Below, one piece after another: positions 8,912 to 17,741 of a stretch of 32,000 bases of DNA. A program made the translations under genes and the position numbers. The notes beneath the pieces are model-generated. The model searched no databases and was not told where the DNA came from. It saw nothing but the letters and a program-made list of their open reading frames with translations. The stretch is from Planctopirus limnophila DSM 3776. Lineage in GTDB: Bacteria; Planctomycetota; Planctomycetia; Planctomycetales; Planctomycetaceae. Each line of letters begins with the position of its first letter. The first letter of the stretch is position 1. The DNA lies in NCBI RefSeq assembly GCF_000092105.1, contig NC_014148.1:390001-422000 (forward strand), given 5' to 3'.

Positions 8912-9355
8912 GTGTCCCGTATCCCGGCATTAGTCGCAGGCGTTCTGCTGGTCTTGACGGGGGCAGCTCTTTTGCTGCACGCGTGGGGCCTATCGAGTGA
9001 GAATCCGGGCAATTCCAAGGCGATCTCAGCACAGCAAAAGCGGGCTCGACGGCGGATCCAGATTGCCGCGTTGATCATCCTGGAAGGATTGTTAATTCCT
9101 GCGGGAGATCTCTGGATGGAGCAAAGGCCTGCCGCCGTCCTGATGGCGGCCTTCTGGATTGGCGTGCTGCTGATTGCACTCTGGATTGGTCTTCTGGCGG
9201 TTGCCGACTTTTTCTCTTCGCGGGCGATGCTCCACTTCAGTTTAGAGCAGCTCAAGGAGCAGCAGCGAGTGCTGCAGCAGCAGGTCGATGCTCACCGCTC
9301 CAGAAAGACCACGACTTCCTCCACAGCCGGGGATGATGCAGATCCCGGCACCTGA
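8912..9355 (+). CDS. Hypothetical small membrane protein (about 3 TM helices plus a C-terminal coiled-coil)
   Basis: GTG-start ORF 48 nt after the LarA-like gene. Hydrophobic segments are IPALVAGVLLVLTGAALLL, IQIAALIILEGLLIPAG and AAVLMAAFWIGVLLIALWIGLLAV, followed by LEQLKEQQRVLQQQV. A terminator follows directly. Confidence 0.5.
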   Translation: MSRIPALVAGVLLVLTGAALLLHAWGLSSENPGNSKAISAQQKRARRRIQIAALIILEGLLIPAGDLWMEQRPAAVLMAAFWIGVLLIALWIGLLAVADFFSSRAMLHFSLEQLKEQQRVLQQQVDAHRSRKTTTSSTAGDDADPGT

Positions 9356-9402
9356 AAAGAGAAATCCCGGAGTGCAGTGCCACCACCGGGATTTCTTTTC
9401 TT
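9355..9402. terminator. Bidirectional intrinsic terminator between convergent genes
   Basis: aaaagaGAAATCCCGG [agtgcagtgccacca] CCGGGATTTCttttctt. The stem is flanked by an A-rich tract on one side and a T-rich tract on the other. It lies between the + gene ending at 9355 and the - MFS gene ending at 9422. Confidence 0.65.
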
Positions 9403-9421
9403 AGGAAGTGTCCGACTGACT

Positions 9422-10912
9422 CTATTCTGGCAGTGGTTTCCCTTTGGTTTCCGGCAGGAAGGGGAGTACCACTAAACCAATCAGGAACACAAAGCACATG
9501 GTAGCGCCAGTGTAACGTGTCGCATGTTCCGAGCCTGCGTAAATCGAATCGAGACCAATTTTGGCGATGGGCCCCGTCGCTGCCACAAAACGCCCGACGT
9601 TGTAACAAAAACTGGTTCCGGTTGATCTGAGCCAGGTTGGGAAAAGCTCTGGAAAATAGATCGCGTAGCCGGCAAAGAGCGACAACTGACAGAAACCCAT
9701 GATCGGCACAAAAACGAAGATCTGCCACAGCTCCGTCAGGAATAGAAAGACAATCACGGTGCTTGAAAAAGCGGCTACCAATGCAATCGCAAATGTGGGC
9801 TTTCGACCGATCTTTTGTGAAAGTGCACCAAATCCGAACATTCCAAAGAAGGCGCCAATATTCAGCATGATTGAAGAGTAACTTGGCCACCGGCTCAGTC
9901 GCCCTTTTACAGTCTTCTCGAAGCTCTCCAGAATTTTTTGGTCGTCGGGATTGCGTGGCGCACTCCCTTCTTGGGGCTGCGCGAGAACACGATCCATCGT
10001 TTCGGATCCATGAACCGCTTTGAACTCTTCGAGGACCTGGGCCGTGATCGGTTTTTTCTGAATTTCTCTTGTTAAATCAGGAGTGTAAAATCCAACCGAC
10101 CACAACCCCACCACTCCGGCACATCCTAGCACCAGCCCCAATAAGGCATGCTTTCGCCAAACCGGGTGTTTGAAAAGAGCCGTATAAGATCCCAGCTGCT
10201 TTTCTTTTAGCTCACTCGTTGAAGCAGCGGTCCATTGCTCTGGCTCTTTGAGGTATCGACGAACGACCAGAGCGAGAAGTGCAGGAATAGCACCAATAAG
10301 AAACATAATCCTCCAGGGGCTGTACGGCAGCCCTTGTTCTTCGGCAAGCCCCAAAGAGAGGTTGACCATGGCGGCAGAAACATTACCAACAGCAGAGAGT
10401 GCCTGGAGTAATCCCAGGGTGTAAGGTCTCGCATTATTGGGCATGACTTCCGCCACCAGTGCTACACCGACAGCAAACTCACCACCGACACCAAGCCCGG
10501 TGAGAAAACGATAGAAGGCAAAATCCCATAACCCCACAGAAAGTGCACTCAGACCAGTAAACAGCGAATAGAGCAAGATGGTGATCATCATGGTTTTGGC
10601 ACGACCAATTCGATCCCCCAACATTCCAAAGAACAACCCTCCTGTCGCCCAGCCGGCAATAAAGATGGATGTGGCGATATCGCCACCCATTTTTTGAGCA
10701 CTCCTGACGGCGGGATCGGCAGAATTTCCAGGAATCAGAGACTCCATCACGGCGGGTCGAGCCAATACGAACAACTGCTGATCGAGACAATCAAAGAGCC
10801 AGCCCAGAGCGGCCACGAGCAGGACGAACCAGTGGTAGCGAGTCATCGATCGCCACCAGGGCCCGGGAAGGACAGGAGATGACGATTGAGCCGGTGTATC
10901 AATGTGGTGCAT
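9422..10912 (-). CDS. MFS transporter (metabolite:H+ symporter-like)
   Basis: About 12 hydrophobic helices. The N-terminal pattern YHWFVLLVAALGWLFDCLDQQLF and the loop GMLGDRIGRAKTM (MFS signature between TM2 and TM3) fit MFS. The ORF-track start at 10933 is TTG; the first ATG is at 10912 (MHHIDTPAQ). Confidence 0.9.
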   Translation of the reverse strand: MHHIDTPAQSSSPVLPGPWWRSMTRYHWFVLLVAALGWLFDCLDQQLFVLARPAVMESLIPGNSADPAVRSAQKMGGDIATSIFIAGWATGGLFFGMLGDRIGRAKTMMITILLYSLFTGLSALSVGLWDFAFYRFLTGLGVGGEFAVGVALVAEVMPNNARPYTLGLLQALSAVGNVSAAMVNLSLGLAEEQGLPYSPWRIMFLIGAIPALLALVVRRYLKEPEQWTAASTSELKEKQLGSYTALFKHPVWRKHALLGLVLGCAGVVGLWSVGFYTPDLTREIQKKPITAQVLEEFKAVHGSETMDRVLAQPQEGSAPRNPDDQKILESFEKTVKGRLSRWPSYSSIMLNIGAFFGMFGFGALSQKIGRKPTFAIALVAAFSSTVIVFLFLTELWQIFVFVPIMGFCQLSLFAGYAIYFPELFPTWLRSTGTSFCYNVGRFVAATGPIAKIGLDSIYAGSEHATRYTGATMCFVFLIGLVVLPFLPETKGKPLPE

Positions 10913-11308
10913 ATCAGCTTGGCTTTCTGGCAAATCTCATTGTTCAGAAGCAGCATCCTCCAGAATGCAAAGCTGCCCGGAATCAATGGGAGACGCGTCA
11001 ACAGGTCTAGCGGATCAAGTTCCGAGTGAGATCGGAGGTTTGAAAACCGCCGTCAATTAATGAAATGCATTCTCCGGGCATTTCTCCAAAACCTACCCGA
11101 ATCAAAGCCTGCCAATACAACTCAATTGGGGGGCCAACGCAAGCCCGGGAACCAATTTGAAGGAGCACTCGTCAAAGTCCATGCCCTCAGTATCCGCAGG
11201 ACTTGTATCACCGGGACAGATCATCACGCGATCAGTTGGTACCTTTCCTAAGGGAAAGCCCTTGGCAATTTACCAGTTGCCATCCATCGAAGGTCGGCAA
11301 TCTCCACG

Positions 11309-11337
11309 AAAAAGCCCGGCCAATAGAGCCGGGCTTT
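11309..11337 (-). terminator. Intrinsic terminator downstream of leuD
   Basis: On the minus strand: AAAGCCCGGC [tctattg] GCCGGGCTTTTT. This is a GC-rich stem followed by T5, 84 nt after the leuD stop. Confidence 0.65.
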
Positions 11338-11420
11338 GGATCGTTCACTTCAATTCCTGCAACAACAATTTTTGCCTGATCACTGTTACGACGATCTGAA
11401 CAAAGACCTGGTCATTGGAT

Positions 11421-12032
11421 TTAAACTGCAAACTTCTGCAGGTAAGGGATTCTGGCAACCTGAGCGCGGACTTTGGGTTCTCCATCCAGCAGCTGGCCCA
11501 GAAAATCCCAGCCTCCCGTGGTCAGTGATTGCCTGGCACCCGGGGGAATCTCGACAGTTGCCTTAACTTGCTGGCCGCTTTCCGATTGTGCAGTCACGGT
11601 CTGAGCCAGCAGATCGATGGCGACTGACGTGCGAGGATCTGCATTGATGAGCTTCGTCAAAGCTTCGAGGTCGGCTCGACTGGCTCGCACGCAGGGAATC
11701 CCTAGCGAGACGCAGTTCCCGAAGAAAATCTCGGCATACGATTCGGCAATGATGGCCTGGATGCCCCAGCGCATCAGGGCCTGTGGTGCATGCTCGCGCG
11801 ATGAGCCACAGCCAAAATTACGGCCAGCCACCAGAATCTTGCTACCTTGAAACTGGGCCTGATTGAACGGATGTGAAGGGTCTTGAATCCGGTCATCTTC
11901 AAAGGCGTGCTCGCCCAGGCCGTCGAAGGTCACACACCGCAGAAACCGCGCGGGAATGATGCGATCTGTGTCGATGTCATCCAGCAAAAGTGGAACGGCT
12001 GACCCTGTCACTTGAGTAATGGCTTGAACCAT
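11421..12032 (-). CDS. leuD: 3-isopropylmalate dehydratase small subunit
   Basis: 203 aa. DDIDTDRIIPARFL, GRNFGCGSSREHAP and ALMRWGIQAIIAESYAEIF are LeuD/aconitase swivel-domain signatures. Confidence 0.95.
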   Translation of the reverse strand: MVQAITQVTGSAVPLLLDDIDTDRIIPARFLRCVTFDGLGEHAFEDDRIQDPSHPFNQAQFQGSKILVAGRNFGCGSSREHAPQALMRWGIQAIIAESYAEIFFGNCVSLGIPCVRASRADLEALTKLINADPRTSVAIDLLAQTVTAQSESGQQVKATVEIPPGARQSLTTGGWDFLGQLLDGEPKVRAQVARIPYLQKFAV

Positions 12033-12138
12033 GGTGTCTTTCTGGTACGTATCAAAAAACTGCTGTTAAACAATAAACCTTAAAGATAACGAACTTCCCA
12101 TCACCTGGGGCAATAGTCTCACCCCCGATTGTGAAATG

Positions 12139-12747
12139 TTAAAGCGATGCTTCAACTTCCCAATCATCGGGCAGAAAATCCTTCACACGGACAGACCAAC
12201 CGGGCAAAGCAGGTTCGGCCTCTGCCTGTTCGTTATCCCGATAGATTGTCGGTTCCTCCGGGTGACTTGAACGATAGACACGAACAACCTGAGGCGAACG
12301 TAAGTCAACATCCCAGATGACCAGTGTTCCCGCAGCAAAGTAATCGTGACGTTTGTCTGCCAGACGCACTTCAGCTCGGGGGCCATAGTCGTCTCGACTG
12401 CGAATTTCCACGGCAAACACGGGTGGTATAGGAAAGGGTTCAAAGCGAGCTGGCGGGCCAACGTAATAGGCAGCATCTGGCGAAAACGATTGCCGATGTG
12501 GCAATACACACCGAAATGTTCCGTTATCGGAAACAGCAATCCCGTGGCGGGTCGCTTGTGAGTAATGCTCGATCAACTGTCCGATTCTCGTGGAAACGAT
12601 CGTGTGCCAGGCACCTGCAGGAGACATGAGAAAGATCCCTCCATCAACAATCTCAGCCTTCCCCTCGATCCCTTCCAACTGGCGAAAAAGATCATCGACC
12701 CATAACTGGGTCTCTGCTTTCTGCTGAGTTGTCAGGGCTTGTGCCAT
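12139..12747 (-). CDS. Uma2 family (DUF820) PD-(D/E)xK-type putative endonuclease
   Basis: The pattern ...AEIVDGGIFLMSPAGAWHTIVSTRIGQLI...SPDAAYY...PPVFAVEIRSRDD... matches the Uma2 layout (PD ... (V/I)E(I/V).S.). The ORF-track start at 12762 is TTG; the first ATG is at 12747. Confidence 0.85.
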   Translation of the reverse strand: MAQALTTQQKAETQLWVDDLFRQLEGIEGKAEIVDGGIFLMSPAGAWHTIVSTRIGQLIEHYSQATRHGIAVSDNGTFRCVLPHRQSFSPDAAYYVGPPARFEPFPIPPVFAVEIRSRDDYGPRAEVRLADKRHDYFAAGTLVIWDVDLRSPQVVRVYRSSHPEEPTIYRDNEQAEAEPALPGWSVRVKDFLPDDWEVEASL

Positions 12748-12844
12748 GGATTCTTCTTCCAAGTGAACAGCGATTATCCTGTGAAACTGCGCTAGCGATC
12801 AAAACAAACTCATCGGAAGAGTAGCAGCCTGAAGCACGACTCGA

Positions 12845-14251
<1,407 letters not shown>

Positions 14252-14424
14252 GGTCAGAGTGTCTTCAAAAATCGAGCGAAAAAGTTTTTGGCCCCCGAGG
14301 AGCCCACAGTCATCATTCGGGTGCCTTATCGAACAACCGGCTGCATGTTTCACAGCCAGATGTTGATCGTCAGCACACCGGGAGTAACATTGTAACTGAT
14401 TGTCCTGCCGCGTGGGGTTATTCT

Positions 14425-14496
14425 CAACAGAGGAAAAGTCGAATGCCCGAGAAGATTTGATGGCCCGTGAAGATTCGACTGCCTGAGAAGAATCGA
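14425..14496. repeat. 4 x 18-bp imperfect tandem repeat in the leuC / lptFG divergent intergenic region
   Basis: Plus-strand units are caacagaggaaaagtcga / atgcccgagaagatttga / tggcccgtgaagattcga / ctgcctgagaagaatcga. The three right-hand units share 13-14 of 18 positions with each other. The leftmost is degenerate (10/18). The shared core is GCC.G.GAAGA.T.GA. Confidence 0.8.
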
Positions 14497-14656
14497 CCTT
14501 GACCGGTAGGACGGTTACAACGTTCAATCCCCTTTCATCAATGACCCCGGAATCTGGTCATGAGTTCAGTTCTGATTGGCGATGATGGGCTGCTCAGTCG
14601 GAAAAGAGGATGGCTCGGCAAAGATTCTGCCACGCGGACATTCAGGATGAATCGCA

Positions 14657-15778
14657 GTGTGGACATTTGATCAATACTTGCTAAAAAACTTCTTCTACGT
14701 CTTCTTCGTATGCTTTGTGGCAGCGTTCGGGCTGGTCGTCACGATTGACCTTCTGGAAAATCTCGACGAGTTCATGCTCAATAATCAGAGTGGCGGAGCA
14801 CTTTCCCTGCTGGTTTCCATTGGAACTTACTACGGCTATCAGGCCATTTTTTTTCTGGATCGTGGCGGCGCATCGCTGATGGTGATTGCCGTCATGGTGG
14901 TGCTGGTACTCTTTCAAAGATCTGGCGAACTCCATCCGATGCTGGCAGCCGGGGTGCCGATGTACCGCGTGTTGCGAGCCCTGATGATTGGCCCCGTCCT
15001 TGTCACGGCAGTGCTCGTCGCCAATCAGGAGCTTGTGGTTCCGGTCATTGCTCACGCGGCCCACGGCGGGCGTGGCATCCAGACGGGTGAAGGTGGTCAG
15101 GTCGAACCGATTTACGATTATTCGACGAAAATCTCGATCAATGGCGAGAAGGTCAGTCTGGCAGATTCCCAACTGGAGGGAGCTCAGTTTGTCCTGCCAG
15201 CTCCATTAATCGTGCATGATCTCACGATTATTCGTGGCACCACGGCCATTTTCCGGAAAGCCGCCGGTCAGCGCCCCGATGGCTGGGTGATTTTTGGAGC
15301 CGCACCTCAGTTTGAAGAATTGGCACTGACCCCGCGTGGGCAGGAAATCGTAAGGAAAGTGGGTCGCAGCGGAGAGCTGTTTATTGCCAGTCCCGTCAGT
15401 TGCGATCAGTTGTTTAAACGCAAATCGAGTTCAAACTACCTCTCGACCAGTGAACTTCTTGGGCGCATTCGCAATGAGGCTTACGGCCCACTTGCGGTGC
15501 AAAAGTTTGTCACTCAGGTTCACGGTCGTCTGACTCAACCGCTGATCAACCTGATTGCCGTCCTGCTTTCCTTACCCCTGCTTGTCCGCCGAGAAAGTGC
15601 AGGTCTTGTCATGGATTCCGGCGTATGTGCGGTCGCACAAGGAATTTTGTTCGGCATGATGCAACTTTCGGCTTACCTGAGCACTTCGGGAATCATTGCC
15701 GCCGATCTGGCCGCCTGGTTCCCGGTCTTTATCGGTGGCGCGATGGCCGCCTGGACGCGGGACATGATTCGGTCGTAA
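14657..15778 (+). CDS. LptF/LptG (YjgP/YjgQ) family LPS-export permease
   Basis: 373 aa. The N-terminus MWTFDQYLLKNFFYVFFVCFVAAFGLVVTIDLLENLDEF fits the family pattern (LDRY...F......L..F..L....D......). There are three N-terminal TM helices, a periplasmic middle domain and three C-terminal TM helices. The start is GTG. Confidence 0.85.
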   Translation: MWTFDQYLLKNFFYVFFVCFVAAFGLVVTIDLLENLDEFMLNNQSGGALSLLVSIGTYYGYQAIFFLDRGGASLMVIAVMVVLVLFQRSGELHPMLAAGVPMYRVLRALMIGPVLVTAVLVANQELVVPVIAHAAHGGRGIQTGEGGQVEPIYDYSTKISINGEKVSLADSQLEGAQFVLPAPLIVHDLTIIRGTTAIFRKAAGQRPDGWVIFGAAPQFEELALTPRGQEIVRKVGRSGELFIASPVSCDQLFKRKSSSNYLSTSELLGRIRNEAYGPLAVQKFVTQVHGRLTQPLINLIAVLLSLPLLVRRESAGLVMDSGVCAVAQGILFGMMQLSAYLSTSGIIAADLAAWFPVFIGGAMAAWTRDMIRS

Positions 15779-15958
15779 CCCCCAATTCCACCAATATGTT
15801 GTGGGGATATGAGATCCGGGTGTTCAGTCTAATTCTGGGATGGAATCCCTGAAAATTCGCAGCAGATCTCCGAGTGACTGGTTGTAGCGAAAGTTTCAGG
15901 AATGCAGAGCGATTGAGGATCTCGGGGTCTCTTCAGCAACTCAACAGAGCCGGTTCGG

Positions 15959-15986
15959 TTGACCCACGCTCGCAACGGGTTACAAT
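15959..15986 (+). promoter_or_regulatory. Sigma-70-like promoter for tRNA-Asp
   Basis: TTGACC (15959-15964), a 16-nt spacer, then TACAAT (15981-15986), about 45 nt upstream of the mature tRNA 5' end. Confidence 0.5.
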
Positions 15987-16031
15987 CGCTCTATCTCGCA
16001 GAGGAGCTTGTTGCGAAACAAAATTCTCTCC

Positions 16032-16105
16032 GGGGCCGTAGCTCAATTGGTTAGAGCACCGGACTGTCGATCCGGAGGTTACGGGTTCGAGCCCCGCCGG
16101 CCTCG
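16032..16105 (+). tRNA. tRNA-Asp (anticodon GTC)
   Basis: I folded the 74-nt cloverleaf by hand. Acceptor stem GGGGCCG/CGGCCTC (one G-U pair). D arm GCTC-AATTGGTTA-GAGC. Anticodon arm CCGGA-CTGTCGA-TCCGG. Variable loop AGGTT. T arm ACGGG-TTCGAGC-CCCGC (one A-C mismatch). Discriminator G. CCA is not encoded. Confidence 0.93.
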
Positions 16106-16136
16106 CTTGTGATTGTCAACATGTGATGATCACAAT

Positions 16137-16194
16137 TAAAACGCCTTACTGATGTTCCCGATCGAAGGGCATGTCAGCAAGGCGTTTTTGTTTT
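16137..16194. terminator. Intrinsic terminator after tRNA-Asp, potentially bidirectional
   Basis: AAAACGCCTTaCTGAtgTtCCC [gatcgaa] GGGcAtgTCAGcAAGGCGTTTTTgtttt. This is a long imperfect stem with an A-run before it and a T-run after it, between the tRNA (+) and the convergent membrane-protein ORFs (-). Confidence 0.65.
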
Positions 16195-16261
16195 GTATTC
16201 TGAAGTTTGGAATCAAGCTCGTATTCTTGCTCAAGGAATACGCCGCTCCCTCATTGCACAC

Positions 16262-16663
16262 TCACTGATTCTCCAATTGGTCTTCATTTGGAGTCGGAAA
16301 CAGAGTGATAAGCAGGATCCCCATCAACGTCGCAAACATTCCCATGATCATGAATAGGGTCACAAAATCGATAAACTTCGCCAATTCTCTGATGCTCGCA
16401 ATTGCGATAATTGAGGCAAAGATCATGGCGACCAATGTGGCAAAACCAAGGATGCGACGATATCTGGGGGAAAACAAAGTCACGGCGCCAAACCCCGCCA
16501 GCGCACTTGTTGAGTAAGCCAGATAAGCGATCTGTGTTCCAAGATCTACCCTGGAGTTATCGTAGGGTAATATCCAACCAGCTTTTCCCTCTTTGATGCT
16601 CAAGGAGTCAATCCATCCGATGCCGCCTGCGATCAAGGCTGCAATCACCATAGCGAACAGCAC
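16262..16663 (-). CDS. Hypothetical integral membrane protein (about 4 TM helices); possibly the C-terminal part of a frameshifted or recoded gene (see findings)
   Basis: 133-aa ORF (GTG 16663, or ATG 16651) made up mostly of hydrophobic helices. The same frame stays open for 33 further codons upstream, back to a TGA at 16760-16762. Confidence 0.55.
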   Translation of the reverse strand: MLFAMVIAALIAGGIGWIDSLSIKEGKAGWILPYDNSRVDLGTQIAYLAYSTSALAGFGAVTLFSPRYRRILGFATLVAMIFASIIAIASIRELAKFIDFVTLFMIMGMFATLMGILLITLFPTPNEDQLENQ

Positions 16664-17052
16664 CAGCCATGGTCTGCCAATCCCTTCAACGGTCGTAATC
16701 CAGATTTCGAACGCGTTTCCTGTCTCCTGACGCTCACTTTTTTTTGCTCGACACCAACTTCATCGAGGACCACAACCGCTCCATTGCCAAGCAAAGGAAA
16801 TAACGACAGTGCAAGCAATCTGAGCAGACCAATCCCTTCATAGAAAGCCATAAGCCCAATCAATGCGCCGGCAATAGACAAAGCAATTCGTTGATTCACT
16901 GGGAGAAATAACAGAAGTTGTCCAGGAATTGCGCCGACCAAAGCCCCCGTTGTTTGCCACAACCACGTCGGTGACCTAGAGCTAGCCGTGGAATCTAGCC
17001 TGTCCACAGTAGCAGCCACCCCATGGTCGGATGAATGAGGATTGTCTGGCAT
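16645..17052 (-). CDS. Hypothetical membrane protein (2-3 TM helices); possibly the N-terminal part of the same gene as 16262-16663
   Basis: ATG-start 135-aa ORF. The first 105 aa are protein-like (polar N-terminus, then TM segments). The last 30 aa, after an A8 run, are VSVRRQETRSKSGLRPLKGLADHGWCCSLW, which looks like out-of-frame translation. The stop TGA at 16645-16647 sits in the sequence ATGgTGA next to a candidate downstream start. Confidence 0.5.
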   Translation of the reverse strand: MPDNPHSSDHGVAATVDRLDSTASSRSPTWLWQTTGALVGAIPGQLLLFLPVNQRIALSIAGALIGLMAFYEGIGLLRLLALSLFPLLGNGAVVVLDEVGVEQKKVSVRRQETRSKSGLRPLKGLADHGWCCSLW

Positions 17053-17219
17053 CGAAGTATCCTGAATAACTCAACGCCTCTAACTGAGCAACGCGAACTG
17101 ACATTCAGAATGCCGTAGGGATTGGACGAAAACCAGATTCTTTTCTCGATTTGGAGATTTGATTTCATGGCCAATTTGAAGAGCAGTTTAACAGCCAAAA
17201 CGACAATTAATGAAACGGT

Positions 17220-17741
17220 CTACCCGTTCAATTCTGTCGGAGTATGCAGCTTTTCAATGTATTGACTCTCACCATTGGATGCGACCGCATCTTTCGAACA
17301 TTTCAGACCATCGGTTGCATCTGGGGATTCTGACTCAACAGAATTAGATGTGACAGACACTGGGTTATGGCTGACCATTCCCGGTTCATCGAGTCCAAAT
17401 TGCTGATCCTTTAGGCAGGAAAGCAGTCTTTGCAGATTCGGCTCGGCAATACGGTAGTAAGTATACCGACCCTCTTTCTCGCTCCCTAGAAGACCGCAAT
17501 GCTGCATGAGTCGCAGATGTTCGGAAGCCATATGGCTCGGAATCGAGCAAGACTCGGCCAACTCTCCGACGGAATATTTGCCAGCGAGCAGCATTTCCAC
17601 CATCCGCAGTCGATGGGGATGCGCCAGAATTCGTAATCGCTCTGCAATGCGATCAAAGACTTCCGGATTTGTCCAAAGGGGACGTGACGTACCCTCATTG
17701 GGCAGCGAGAAGGACATAAAGGGCCTTTCCTGTTCCATCAT
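17220..17741 (-). CDS. ArsR/SmtB-family winged-helix transcriptional regulator with a C-terminal extension of about 70 aa
   Basis: LRILAHPHRLRMVEMLLAGKYSVGELAESCSIPSHMASEHLRLMQHCGLLGSEKEGRYTYYRI is the ArsR HTH core. There is no CVC-type arsenite motif. The first ATG is at 17741; the ORF-track GTG is at 17756. Confidence 0.85.
   Translation of the reverse strand: MMEQERPFMSFSLPNEGTSRPLWTNPEVFDRIAERLRILAHPHRLRMVEMLLAGKYSVGELAESCSIPSHMASEHLRLMQHCGLLGSEKEGRYTYYRIAEPNLQRLLSCLKDQQFGLDEPGMVSHNPVSVTSNSVESESPDATDGLKCSKDAVASNGESQYIEKLHTPTELNG

Noticed and set aside
9252-9890. 212-aa minus-strand ORF overlapping the 3' part of the MFS gene
   Set aside because: It is an alternative frame of a gene with clear 12-TM MFS architecture.
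14370-14390. Possible leucine leader peptide (minus-strand atg tta ctc ccg gtg tgc tga, MLLPVC) for attenuation of leuC
   Set aside because: It has only two Leu codons. I could not build a convincing terminator/antiterminator pair. The nearby GGCTCC-tcg-GGGGCC stem is followed by A5 before any T-run.
14252-14527. 92-codon N-terminal extension of leuC from a TTG start
   Set aside because: The ATG at 14251 gives the canonical length of about 468 aa. The extension is Ser-rich, repeat-encoded and starts at TTG. I treat it as an upstream regulatory region.
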